Shown here in pieces: positions 12,835 through 24,427 of a stretch of 64,000 bases of DNA (position 1 is its first letter; each line of letters opens with the position of its first letter). Source of the DNA: Fimicolochytrium jonesii (Eukaryota); assembly GCF_025526975.1 (NCBI RefSeq), contig NW_026515681.1:372001-436000 (forward strand), written 5' to 3'. A program made the translations under genes and the position numbers. The notes beneath the pieces were generated by a model, which made no database searches, was not told where the DNA came from, and was given only the letters and a program-made list of their open reading frames with translations.

Positions 12835-14672
12835 TCACTCAACACTAACCAGCCTTCCCTCAACCTTCTCCAACACCCCCAAAACTCTGTACAGCGCGAC
12901 GCTCTGCAGGCCCAGCGCAATGAGGGACACGGCAAAGAGGGTTAGGGCGGAGAGGAGGGCGAGCTGGCGGGGGCTTGGGAGGGTGAGGATGGGGATGGGG
13001 AGGGGTATTGAGGTTGGTAGGGCGATGGGGAAGGTGGGGAGGGTTGGGATGGTAGGGAGGTGCCATGTGTGTTGCCCTGTTGGTGCAGCCGCTGGAGCGG
13101 TGGTTGAGTGGGATGAGGCCTTTTCCAACTTGTTCGGAAGTCGTGTCATAGAATCCTTCCCCTTCTCGCCGTCATTGGTCTTGTGGCCGTGACTGGTACC
13201 ACCCAAAACCTCCCTCTTCACGTCCGCAGTCAGTGCTTTAACGTACTCCATCTCGGGCATATCGACATCATCCGCAAACGGGGTAAGCGGCGGTGTGGGG
13301 AGGAGGTGGGCGTTCTGGACGCCGTCGACCATAGTGAGTTGGGAGTCGGTGGAGGAGATGGAGGTTGATGAGAGGGGGCGGGTTAGGTTTGTTTTGCCCA
13401 GTGATTTGATGGGGCTGGGAGTAGTGTCGTCTGAAGGCTTCTTGGTGCTGCGGTCTCGAGTGATTTTGGCGAAACAGGTTGGGCAGGTGCCTAGGCCGTC
13501 GCATGAGCATGGCTGTGGGTCATTCAATGAGAATGAGCAAGCTGAGGACGTGCAGAATCGGACAACATGTGCAAAAGGAAGAACGTACCTCCAATTCGGC
13601 ATCCCAAGAAGCTCTCAACACCCTAAACGTCTGATCCCGATTGAAAAAGCTCGCGAAAAAGTGCTTTGTCCCATCCTCCATCTCGACCTCAATACTGTTC
13701 GAAAACACAAGCGCAATAGTCCGTTTCTCCATCACAACGATCTCACGAAACCGCAGCGCAAAAACTGAGGAGCTCGTCCACCCTTTGAAGCACACATGCT
13801 TCTGCGAGACCCACATCCGGCCCTGGATGAGCAAGCCCTCTTTGTTCCACGCGCACGCGAAATCGTTAACGAGTTTGTCGGTTTCGGAGAGGTCGGGGAA
13901 GAGACGGTGGAATTCGGCGTTGTCGCGGGCGGAGGCGAGGGGTGGGGGAGAGGATGATGAGAGGGGGTCGGTGCTGTGAGTGTCGTCCCATATTCCCAAG
14001 GATAGCCTGGACGCGTTTGCGAGGTTGTGCAAGAGCTTTGAGGCGGATCTGGCCTCATCTCTCAGTGAGCGGGAGCGTCGGACGGATACACGGCTATGGA
14101 GGGATGTGGTGCCGCCGTCGGAAGAGGCGGGCGAGTCGGAGCGTAAGCGAACGGAGGGAGAGCTCACGTTGCGCGTCGGGCGTCGTGGGCCGGTGCTGAA
14201 GAGTAAAGGTTGAGGTCCGGGTTCCCGCGATAGCCATCGTTCGCTGTTGGCTTTTCGGGCAGGAACGAGCGGTGGGAGTTTTGGCCTAGTCGTGGAAGTC
14301 CTATGTTCCCTCACGTCCTGTTTGCAGAGGTGTGTAAGACAAAAGTGTATCCACCCAGCGCGACGCAATGAGCTTGCTTCCTTCCTTACCTTGGGGACAA
14401 TTGCGAGTGGGAGCGGGAACGACATTTTATCGGGTTGGAGGAAGTATGCAGTTGGAGACGGGCGGTAGTTGTAATGGTGGTGGTGGGAGAGTGGTTGCCC
14501 ATTCACACAGTGGTTGTAGGAATTCAGTCTGTGCTGAGCCTAATAAGAAGCGAGAGGCAAGCCATGTGCAGCGGAGAGGAAGAGAGTGGGGAGATATTCT
14601 CATGAGGGAGTCAGACCTCTTGCTGTGGAGTTGGGAGGAGGCAGCCCAGGTGGATGGCGAGCCCTCTTTCAT
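12835..14672 (-). CDS. GRAM-domain protein with C-terminal TM anchor (GRAMD2/3-like, no VASt domain seen)
   Basis: NAEFHRLFPDLSETDKLVNDFACAWNKEGLLIQGRMWVSQKHVCF...FFASFFNRDQTFRVL is a GRAM domain, followed after an intron by PCSCDGLGTCPTC and a C-terminal hydrophobic helix. Start is 14672 (weak donor) or 14425. Confidence 0.82.
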
Positions 14673-17600
14673 ATGAGTTCCTGCGTTGTTGTGGAGTGTT
14701 GTTGGTGGAGCGCCCCGTCAGTCAGCAATAAAGGGAATCATAACGAAAAAGGCCCACTGCAAGTCGGAGTTTGGAAGAAGGCGTTCTCCGAAAGGCCGGA
14801 GTAATCACAAATTCAATTTGAGGCATTCCCAAGCTTGAAGCCGCTCGCCGCCTGCCAGGAAAAACTTAAGAATAATGCCTGTCGGAGCATTGCAAAAGAC
14901 GCCCACTTCCGAAATCGGAAATAATGCAATGGTTCTGGATGGTATCCGCCGTCCGGCAGGCGGGTAAATAATATCCTCTGAATTATTGTTGTTGCACAGG
15001 GTTCGGAGATTTCCATTGAATAAAATCCGAGGAAGCACGAGCTATTCCGTCGCGGATCCATCCAAACATGCCACGGCGTCAAACTTCAACATGCCTCTCC
15101 CTCGGAAGCCTCACGAAGGGGAGCAGGATCTTGGGATGCCTTCATCACCCCGCCCCTGGCCTGCGGGAATGAAAGCGACCGGATTCGACAGCTTCTATAG
15201 CGAGGGTGTCTGTTCTGAAACCTCAACAGCCTCTCTTGTCGAGGGTCTGTCTCCCTTTGATGTTCGCTTCCACGCGCGAAAGTTCGAAACTTACTCCGCG
15301 AATGTCGAGCCTCCGTTAGATACGTACTGTATGTACATGCCCCATCCGCTTCTCGCCAAAAGTGGCCTCTTGCCTCTCAAAAGTTACGGTAAACCCCCAC
15401 TGGTGTCAAACTACATGAACGCCCAGCGCAGCAACCGGCTTGATGATGTTCTTAAAGCCTGAGGCACCATATGCACCCGACGGACAGGTTGAATATCCAG
15501 CTGGATAGATATCTCAACCGTACAGTCCGTGGCCTTCGCTGACGTCACTACCTCACACCCATGCATCTACCACATGGGTATTCAAACGTTATCCAGGCAT
15601 TATGAAGATACCCTACTTTGGAGACCGCATAGATCCAACGAGCCTGCACGTGATCTGTCTACCACACGATCGTAACTCTAGGCTTACGTTGTCGTTCTTC
15701 ACGAATGGAACATCCGAAGCCTCCTCTTGCATCGTGTTCAATGTGATATCTCGAGATTTGAGAGCACTGATCTCTAGACCCGGCCATGTCGCCTTTCCGC
15801 TCCTGTCCACACGGAGTCATTGTCTCATATCTGACATCCGCATGAAGAGATGCAGCGACCTGGATAGTGTGTAGAATTGGGGGGTGCCTGCAAATGTTCC
15901 TTCGCCGAGCAACGGAACGAAAAACCGTACAGACCTGAGATGTCTCACCAAGATTGTCCTTCGGAGTTCCTCTTCCCAGGAAGGCTGCCTTCGCTTGCTT
16001 ACCGTCAACCGGCCAAAGAGACAAGGTCCGAGCACAATTTTCATTCTCTCCCCTAACCAACGTTGGTGGAGTCCGCCGCTGGTTCGGCATGATTTCCGTC
16101 GGCTCCCTTTCGGCAACGCTTCTGGGGCTAAATAGTGAATGAACGACTGGCGATGGAAACGGAAAGACTTTCCGACCAAAAAGGAACAATTCGTAAACCC
16201 GGATGCTTCTATACTAGTGTGGTGCTCTCTCAGTCATGGGGATCACTGTACTATGGGCGCTTTGTGTGGGATTGGGGGAAAGTTGGCCATTTTGTCCATT
16301 TCCAACTTTTCTAAGCCTTTTCACTCATCCTTCTCTTCACGATGGCTTCTCCCGGCCTCCAACTTTTCTTCAAGGAGCTTGGTCGAGAATGGGTCCTTTC
16401 GAGAGGACTGGAGATACAATGTATTGAGAAGTGAAGAAAAAGTGAAGAAGTCCTTCGCAACGGCCGCATGACAAACGATCATTAGAGCAGCGCGGATATG
16501 ATGAAGGGTAGGGGCAGGTTCCGGACGCGTGCTATGTAAGCAAGCCACTGACGCGTCGCTTGCTGATAGTGTTGCGCAGCTAATAACGCATAAAAGCAGC
16601 GCCCCACTGTCTTCGTTTGGGAGATGCGTATATTATATACATTACATATACCACTGCTATACAACTTCCACGCCCCTTGCAAGGTTCGACTTGATGTCGT
16701 GGCGCAAGTCTCTCCACTTCTTCGCGCCCTCGAGCCGTGCAGAAAGTTGACGCGGGACCCATTTAGCCAGGTTAGTGACTGAGTTCATTACGGTTGACTA
16801 TATTCGACTGGCTGCTCTGGCTGTGCTGCCCTTGCGAAGGATAAACGTACTACGTGAGACGGTTTCGGATGTTCGGGGGCACGGAGAAGCACGCACACTA
16901 CACTTTTGTGTGTTTGTGTGTGTGCCCTTCCTCGGCTGGTCGTGAGCTTGTCGGGAAGGCATCGGCCGTGTGTCGTGAGAAAGCACATGTTGGATCAACG
17001 GCTCTTGTGTTGGTCGTGAGCTACACAGAGTCGCCTCCGTAACCTCCTTTGGCTGGAGCATACCGACCTGGAAATGTCCTTGTTTTGGCGTCCGTAGTCA
17101 CTTTACTCACCACCCTTTGACTTTTCTTTTCTGGTCCCTCCCCTCTTTCCTTCTGCAATGTCGTAACGCATTCTACATATGTGTGATCACGTCCGAGTCC
17201 TGCGAGATTCGTCCCGTCTCCGGAATCCTCACCGGCGCCCCTATCACTGGCCTCGCCATCAAGCAGTAGCCTGTAAGGCCCACAACTAGAGGATTTGATG
17301 GTACGTTTACATTGCACACCATCTAACCCCGCACGATAAATACTGACGGCACCGTCGTTGGTCTTTGCCACTTCTGCAGGGGGCCAAGCACTCGTAAGCA
17401 GCGGAACCAGACCAAGATATCGCCCGGCTTCGTCCTCCGGTTCCAATGCGTAACCCGGATACAAGCCGATGGGATTGGGAGACCGCCATCGCTTGGAGGG
17501 TTTCAAAACTGGAAGATGTTCTGATGGTGGGTCTTCACAATTCAGGCCATGGCACTCCGCCGGTACGATCCCGCAACAGTACGGCTTATTGAATAGGCCA

Positions 17601-18896
17601 TTTTTCAACCTACAAGTAGAAAAACACGCGCACGAGGGAGCAAGCACCATCAACATCACACCTATAAAGCAGCTCTCTCGACGGCATCTCAACCTTTCCT
17701 GCGGCGCTCCAGCTGCGATCTTCATCTGGTGCGTATATTCCGTCCTCTCTCATACTTCGTCTCTTGTTTTCTGGCTTTGCGGTCGTGTTCCGCTTTCTTA
17801 CTCTACGCTAACGTTCCTTACTTTCTTTCTCTTCATCTTCTGACACTAGAGCGGCGCTGTAGGCGCGTTGCCGACGACTCGTCACTTCGCTAGGCGTTAC
17901 AGGATCATTGGGAGGCGGCCAATGCCGGATTCCACGAAACGTTCGGTTCACCCGACCCCCATTCGTCATTGCATGGCTGCAAGTCGCTCCTCGTCAGGAA
18001 ATGGTCCGTGTTGCCTTACACACATCTTCGGATGTGGGGCCGGGCTATTCGCCATCGGGAGTTAAGCACGACGCACTGGCCATTTTAGGTCCGACACTGA
18101 GCAGTGCTTACGGCTGAGACTTGGGGCCGTTTGGGAATGCCGGCGGCGGGGTGTCCTCTCGTGATCCTTATGTGGACAACTCGTCCTGATATCGTAAGTT
18201 CTTTCCACCACAATATCCCTTCATGGTGCGCCCCTCATCTTAGGCTTCTTATTTCAAAGGTTCCTTCATTCGTCGAACCTCCCCGGAATTCTGGATGTCC
18301 TCGGTACTGTAAGCAAAGTTTGCATGGTCGAGTGAATCGGTGTAACAATCTTACGTCTCTCTCTTGGCACGTAGTTCCACAGCACCTCTTCGTTAACAGT
18401 ATCCCGTCGCAGATCAACTATGTACTGCACATTGCGTAGCCCCTAGGCCTTATGATTGTTGATGTAGTTGTTGATGTGAATATGAATGTGGTGTGATCGA
18501 CATTTTGACTTCAAAACAGCGGCTGCCACATGTATACTGCCACGTCCAAATCCTATCCTCTGATCCAATATGCGATATCTTCGTCCAATAGCTTGCTGAG
18601 CTCTCCTTCTTTCTCGTTTATCAAGATCCCACGGTTCATCAGCACCAACCGACCAAGCTGTTAATTTCAAGTCCATCCTGAACGCGACAAGTGGGTAAAG
18701 CTTTGAACTCTTTGAACCTTTGAAAATTGGACCCTTAAAGTACAGTACATTGAAGGTGACAGGGTGTAACCAATTTTCCTATCTCTCCGGCGCCAACGTA
18801 CTGACCAGGACAGCATTCCAGCTCGGTTACTTGAGAAAAGGGTCTAACCGGTCTTGAATTCACATCCAGGCTTCCAACCCACGGAATTCCCCAGAA

Positions 18897-21800
18897 ATGT
18901 CGTTCAAAGGCATCCCTCGGCCCACCCGCACCGAAGACGAAGACGACCTCCTCCGCCTCCAAAGCGTCTTTGCCGAAGCGGCCGCCTCCTCCACTCCCGC
19001 CGCAAAAGTACAGAGGCGGTCACAGGCGAACGGGAATGCAATTTCTGTTCCGTCCGTTGCGCCCTTGAGCGCGAGGAAGAAATGGGAGGTGCCGGTGGGT
19101 GGTGAGAAGGGTGCTGAGGAGCGTGAGGAGGAAGGAGCACCGAAGAAGAAGAAATCGTTGTTTGCTGAACGACGGGCGCAGCGGAAGGCGGCGGAAGAGA
19201 CCGCAGCGCCCGTTGAGGACTCGGCACCAGAATCAGACTCGAGATTCCCAACCCGTCCCATCGAATCAGCAGATCAAGGCCTCGACCGGATCCTCTCCGA
19301 CATTGTCGAGCGAGAATCCTCCGCGCCGACCGCACCCGTCTTATCTACCTTCGCGTCTCCCACCACAGGTTTTCCTCAAGTCCTACACCGCCAGCAACGG
19401 GAAAGCCGACCCAAAAGGGAAACGACAATCAAAGCAGCTGTGGTGGATGATGACGGTGCGGGAAAGGATGGCGATGCGAAGGGGATACATGAGGAGAATG
19501 TGAAGGTCATTGAGGGCATGTCGGAGCGGGAGATTGAGGAGGCAAGGGAGGAGATCATGGCCAAGTTGGATCCCGGGCTTATTGCGTTCTTGAAAGCGAG
19601 GCGGGGGAAGAAGGGTGATGGAGAAGGGATGCGCTCGGAGAGTGGGGATAAGAAAGAAATGCACGTGCCGGCGATGCTGGAGAAGAACAGCTCGGGGAAG
19701 CATGTATCTTTTTCGGATGATATCGACGAGAAGGCAAAGCCATCGACCGTAGCGACAAGCGAAGGTCCGCAGGGTGAACATCCCGCGTGGATCCCAGCTG
19801 ACAAGCTGGAAGTTGGTAAACTGCAATGGATGCTCGACTCGACGTCCGATACGGCAACCTCTGCATTGACCAGCCAAAGCACCACGTCCGAAATTCGATT
19901 CGACCTTTCCGGCCGAATCATCGCAGCAGATTCCAACATCCCACACCATCTCGGTCTTCACCATCACGGCGACGCACCCGAACGGGCAGGATACACATTG
20001 GACGAGATGCTAACCCTCGCTCGAAGCACGGCGCCATCTCAGCGCGCACCTGCCCTACGCATGCTGGGCGCAGTGATTGCGAACATCTACAATTGCACCT
20101 ACGACCCAGACCCTCTGTGGACTATATCCGGCCTGCTCCTTAGTAAGGACTATCTCATCATTCTCCGCGCAGGACTCGACGACTCGCACGATACCGTGAT
20201 TGCGAGCTCATTAGCAGGCATTGCTGCCGTATTAGGCTGCGGCTCTTTGACCGACGACGGCGAAGAACACCTCTGGGACCGCCTAGCCCTCTCCTCAGTC
20301 GGCCACCGCACCCACGCCATCTCCGTCGCGCAACAACGCCACTTCGCCCAACGCGCCACCGGCCGACCCAGCGACCCCTCCGACGCGATCGAAAACGATG
20401 GGTCTCTGCACGCCATCATGCAGCTCATGCGCTTCGATGCCCTCACCGGCCTGATACACACCCACCTGCTTGTGCGGCTGACGTACCTCCTCCAGTCGCG
20501 TCTGCTGTCCCCCGCCGCGCGAAACGATATCCTCGCCATCCTGATCCGCGTGTGTCGACACTCGCGAACAGCGGCGGCGGATGTGGCCGAATGCGAGGGT
20601 CTGATCAGTTACATCCACGCCCACTTTCTCTGTCAATCGTGGCCGGGCACCGATGTCGATAGCGAAATCCTCCGCGTTAACGCGTTGAAGATCGTGCGGC
20701 TATTATGTCAGAGCGGCCGCGACGTTGCGGAGAGTCTTGTCCAGCATGGGATCGTGCAGGACGCGCTGCGGTATATTGTTGCGGATGTGGGGGAGATGCA
20801 GGGGAGGGAGATGCAGGCGATGGGGTGGCGGGTGCAGACGGAGGTGTGGTTGTTGTTGACGGGGTTGTTTGCGATGCGGGTGAACGCGGCGGTGTTTGAT
20901 GCGTACCGCGGCGCGTTGTTTGATCGGGCCAGGGACATGTTCTCACGAGTGGGGCGGGAGGGAGATGAAGACGTGAAAACAGCCGCGATGGCGTTTACGC
21001 GCATGATTAGCGTGCTGTTTACGTCGTTTGGACAGATGTTGGATGTCGGCGGCGCGGATGATGCATTGAGACCTTTTGCGGAGGTTGTTGTGGACGCTTA
21101 TGAGCAAATTGGAGGGGTTGAGGATGACTTGCTGTTTGCGAGCATGGCGGATTTTTTGGCCGCGTATTTGAGGAGGTTGGGCGAGCTCGCGCCGGGAAAA
21201 TTGGAGCCTTTCAAAGTGGCGTTGGACAAGATCAGCCAGAAGCAGACGTCTTCAGATCCGCTTGCATCCACGCTCAGTCGTCTGGCAATGTTGATCGACC
21301 GATTGGCGGAGCGAACGACCTTAGCCTCAAGCCGAACGTCTCATCTACACTTTATAGGGCTACGCAACGGCCGCCGTGTAGTACTGGCGGAAACGCTGGT
21401 CGACATCAACGTACTTCTAGACGCACTCACCGCCCGACTGCGTCTCACCCTCGCTGTCAAGAGTAGCGGTTCAAAGCGCCCTGAGGGAGTCATCGACGCG
21501 TCCACACTCCTTCACCGCATCTTCCTCGCCCTGCGACCTCACGTCCCGCACGCCGATCCAATCCGCTGCTTCCTGCCCGCCTGGCCGCACCTTCTCTTTG
21601 AATACATCTCCGCCTCCAAACCCCTCCAGCAAAGCGATAAAGACAAAAAAGCCGACGACGCAGCCCGCATCACACGCTGCTCAATCGCCCTGGCCGCGCT
21701 ACCAACCCTTTTACCCGGCGACGAATACATCGCCGGCAAACTCCTCAACACCCACATCCTGCACCGCGACACGCTGGCCGCCCTGTACCGCCGCGCCTCC

Positions 21801-22916
21801 TCCTCCTCCGCGCACGCAGACTCGCCCGCTATGCGCCGCCTACAGGACATGCTCGACTATCAATTCTACTCCGACGCCTCCCTGCTTCGTTCCGAGGGCG
21901 TGTACGCGCGCAATTCCCGCGTGGCTGAAACCTTACTCATGGAAGCCGAGCCCGCCGACGTCAGCCTCCCCCTCCGCATGGACTGGATGTTCTCCATCTT
22001 CGAAACGCTGTTAAGCGAATCGCAGAAATACGCGCATCTGATGACGCAGGCGCGGAAAACGGGGGGCAGGGTGAGGGAGGATGCGGATGATGTTGTCGCG
22101 GAGTGTTTGCGGTTGATTCAGGTCGTGGAGGGTGTGGTTGATAAGCGGTGGTATGCGGACCATCTCCCGAACACGGTCAAGCTCGCACGGTTGATGTGTG
22201 TGTTTTTGCTGCCAAGTGCGAGGGAGGGCGACGAGTTGTTTGCGAGGGAGGAAGTGGATGCCATGTTGAACGACGCACTGTATCGATACACGGAGCAGTC
22301 ATCACCTGAGGGTAGCACATCGACATCGACATCACAACAGACACTGGAAACAGCCCTAGGCGGCCGCGCGCGCTTCTACCACCTCTACACGGCCCTGCTC
22401 ACCCACTTTGCCGCCGTCTCGTACGGCAACGCGACGTTCGCGCACTACCTCCTGCTTCCGCTCTCCATGTCCTACCCGGCGGACTACCGCCTACTCTTCT
22501 GCAACGAATTGTTCGAGCTGCTGCGGTTGTTCACGATCGCTACGCCTGATGTTCGATGCGTCGGTGGTCAATCTGTCAGTAATGCGTATTGGGGCACTGT
22601 GGAGACGGATGAAGCGGTGCTTGGGTGGTATGTACGTGCCGTGGCAGAGGGGAAGGTGACGAAGGACGGGACGCCGTTTCTGTGGGATGTGGCTGTTGGG
22701 CAGCTTTGTAAGGTTCTGTTGAGTGGCGACGAGGGTGAGGTGGAGAAGACGAGGAGGAATGTTGCGAGGAGGATGAAGGGGCTTTTGGGAGAAGGCGTGG
22801 ATGAGGTGTTGAGGTGGGGTGGGGTTAGGGAAGACGGCGTGAGGAATGATGGCGTATCTGCGGAAGTTTTTGAGGAGAGGAAACGGGCGTTTGGGCGGCT
22901 TGTGTCTTCGGCGTAG
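18897..22916 (+). CDS. RPAP1: RNA polymerase II-associated protein 1 (Rba50/RPAP1)
   Basis: Intronless, 1339 aa. RPAP1_N motif IHEENVKVIEGMSEREIEEAREEIMAKLDPGLIAFL. RPAP1_C motif RFDLSG...GLHHHGDAPERAGYTLDEMLTLARSTAPSQR. Confidence 0.93.
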   Translation: MSFKGIPRPTRTEDEDDLLRLQSVFAEAAASSTPAAKVQRRSQANGNAISVPSVAPLSARKKWEVPVGGEKGAEEREEEGAPKKKKSLFAERRAQRKAAEETAAPVEDSAPESDSRFPTRPIESADQGLDRILSDIVERESSAPTAPVLSTFASPTTGFPQVLHRQQRESRPKRETTIKAAVVDDDGAGKDGDAKGIHEENVKVIEGMSEREIEEAREEIMAKLDPGLIAFLKARRGKKGDGEGMRSESGDKKEMHVPAMLEKNSSGKHVSFSDDIDEKAKPSTVATSEGPQGEHPAWIPADKLEVGKLQWMLDSTSDTATSALTSQSTTSEIRFDLSGRIIAADSNIPHHLGLHHHGDAPERAGYTLDEMLTLARSTAPSQRAPALRMLGAVIANIYNCTYDPDPLWTISGLLLSKDYLIILRAGLDDSHDTVIASSLAGIAAVLGCGSLTDDGEEHLWDRLALSSVGHRTHAISVAQQRHFAQRATGRPSDPSDAIENDGSLHAIMQLMRFDALTGLIHTHLLVRLTYLLQSRLLSPAARNDILAILIRVCRHSRTAAADVAECEGLISYIHAHFLCQSWPGTDVDSEILRVNALKIVRLLCQSGRDVAESLVQHGIVQDALRYIVADVGEMQGREMQAMGWRVQTEVWLLLTGLFAMRVNAAVFDAYRGALFDRARDMFSRVGREGDEDVKTAAMAFTRMISVLFTSFGQMLDVGGADDALRPFAEVVVDAYEQIGGVEDDLLFASMADFLAAYLRRLGELAPGKLEPFKVALDKISQKQTSSDPLASTLSRLAMLIDRLAERTTLASSRTSHLHFIGLRNGRRVVLAETLVDINVLLDALTARLRLTLAVKSSGSKRPEGVIDASTLLHRIFLALRPHVPHADPIRCFLPAWPHLLFEYISASKPLQQSDKDKKADDAARITRCSIALAALPTLLPGDEYIAGKLLNTHILHRDTLAALYRRASSSSAHADSPAMRRLQDMLDYQFYSDASLLRSEGVYARNSRVAETLLMEAEPADVSLPLRMDWMFSIFETLLSESQKYAHLMTQARKTGGRVREDADDVVAECLRLIQVVEGVVDKRWYADHLPNTVKLARLMCVFLLPSAREGDELFAREEVDAMLNDALYRYTEQSSPEGSTSTSTSQQTLETALGGRARFYHLYTALLTHFAAVSYGNATFAHYLLLPLSMSYPADYRLLFCNELFELLRLFTIATPDVRCVGGQSVSNAYWGTVETDEAVLGWYVRAVAEGKVTKDGTPFLWDVAVGQLCKVLLSGDEGEVEKTRRNVARRMKGLLGEGVDEVLRWGGVREDGVRNDGVSAEVFEERKRAFGRLVSSA

Positions 22917-23212
22917 TGAATTATCGACCTAGACCGTAGCTTCATTCACATTTAGCTATTTGTTTGTGTCTTCCACTAATCATCGGCGATTGCTATGCAT
23001 GTACTGTATATATTAAATCCTGTCTGCTTTCGTGGTCTTATTGCAGTTGAAAGAACGGGAGGAAACCCCCACTGAAATCTGATTGCATCCCGTGACCTCT
23101 CGCTTGAATTTATTTCTGGTTGTCCTTCTTGTACACTTCCTCTTTCCTACTCTCATTCTGGACTCTCACTGATCAAAAGCATCCGACCATGAACCCACAA
23201 GAAGAGGACGTA

Positions 23213-23719
23213 CCCGTGCCAAGGTCTCGTATCATACTCGCCCGCAGTCGCGCCGATGGCGCTCCGGCGGCACTCTCTGGAGAGAGTGCCGGACAGTCCA
23301 ATGCACACGACAGTCCAACGCACTTTTCCAGAAGTCGCCGGCCTGCCTGCACACCTGAAGAAGTAAGGAAATTGACGGCAGCTGGTCGTTGACTTTTGGG
23401 TTGCACACGGAGGTTTGGCGAGCCTGTTGTACCCGGATATCTGGCCACCGTACACTGTAGCTTTGTTGTTCTTAGAATTTAAAAAAAGGGCGTTGGACTG
23501 TCGTGTGCGTTGGACTGTCGTGTGCGCTGGACTGTCGTGTGCGTTGGACTGTCGTGTGCGCTGGACTGTCGTGTGCGTTGGACTGTCCGGCACTCTCTCC
23601 AGAGAGTGCCGCCGGAGCGCCATCGGCGCGACTGCGGGCGAGTAGATACGAGAAGTATGTCCGGTTCACACAGCGCGGGAAGTACCGGGTCGAGTATGAT
23701 ACGAGACCTTTGGCACGGG
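23213..23719. mobile_element. Non-autonomous DNA transposon (MITE), Tc1/mariner-type with TA target-site duplication
   Basis: TA|CCCGTGCCAAGGTCTCGTATCATACTCG ... CGAGTATGATACGAGACCTTTGGCACGGG|TA: a 28/29-bp TIR with one indel, TA at 23211-12 and 23720-21, and a ~100-bp subterminal inverted arm. No transposase ORF. Confidence 0.85.
23490..23587 (+). repeat. 17-bp tandem repeat, about 5.8 copies, inside the MITE
   Basis: Unit GCG(T/C)TGGACTGTCGTGT. About two inverted copies sit in the left arm at 23292-23323. Confidence 0.95.
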
Positions 23720-24427
23720 TACCTGCCGCACCTGCCGAAGTTCCCCTTGCCATATCGGAAGCTCTCAAAGAATGCTCCGTCTGCAACGATAGGAACTAAT
23801 ACTGTCAAGTGGATGCGGATTTTTGGAGGATTGGAGGTTGGGAGGAAATGGTCACGGAGATGAGGCGGAGACGTTAACGAAACGACGCCATTCAGATTAT
23901 ACATTGCATTCGAAATAGTTTTCCGCACTTCATGTATGCGAAACCCTGCCCACTACTTCCCCGCATTAGTTCGATGCTACTTGGGTGCAAGGAATATTTC
24001 TGTGTGGCTTAGAGCGGGCCCTGCAAATTGTGTCAATACTATCGGGACGTACATATGTGCATAGTAGAACTCTCTCAAATCCTTCGCATCACCCACCCGG
24101 GACCCCTCGGGACCCGTTTGCCTCTGCGTTGGACGATTGGTAGCCTTGGTAGAAGAAACTCCGAGAGCAAGGCCAGCCTCACCTCGCCTCTGTAACGGCT
24201 CAAGTTACAGCGCTTGGGGAGCAAAGTTGGAGCAAACCATATGGTTGTCACTTCTGCTCCACACGTACAGAATGACCGATCAGGCCTTTCTTTTGATGGC
24301 AATAATCTATTTGAAGAAAATACATGTCACACAGTATGTATATAGTTCTTTGTCCAATTCCAGAGGCACATACAGGCATGTTCACCTAATAACCTTATGT
24401 CCGTTTCCCATCCACGAACGTTCTTTT

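Noticed and set aside
16498..16553. Possible C/D box snoRNA (ATGATGA…CTGA)
   Set aside because: Too short, weak terminal stem, and no convincing rRNA-complementary guide.
23490..23587. CRISPR-like regularly spaced repeats
   Set aside because: Units are head-to-tail with no spacers, no cas genes are nearby and the context is eukaryotic. The repeat is part of the MITE.
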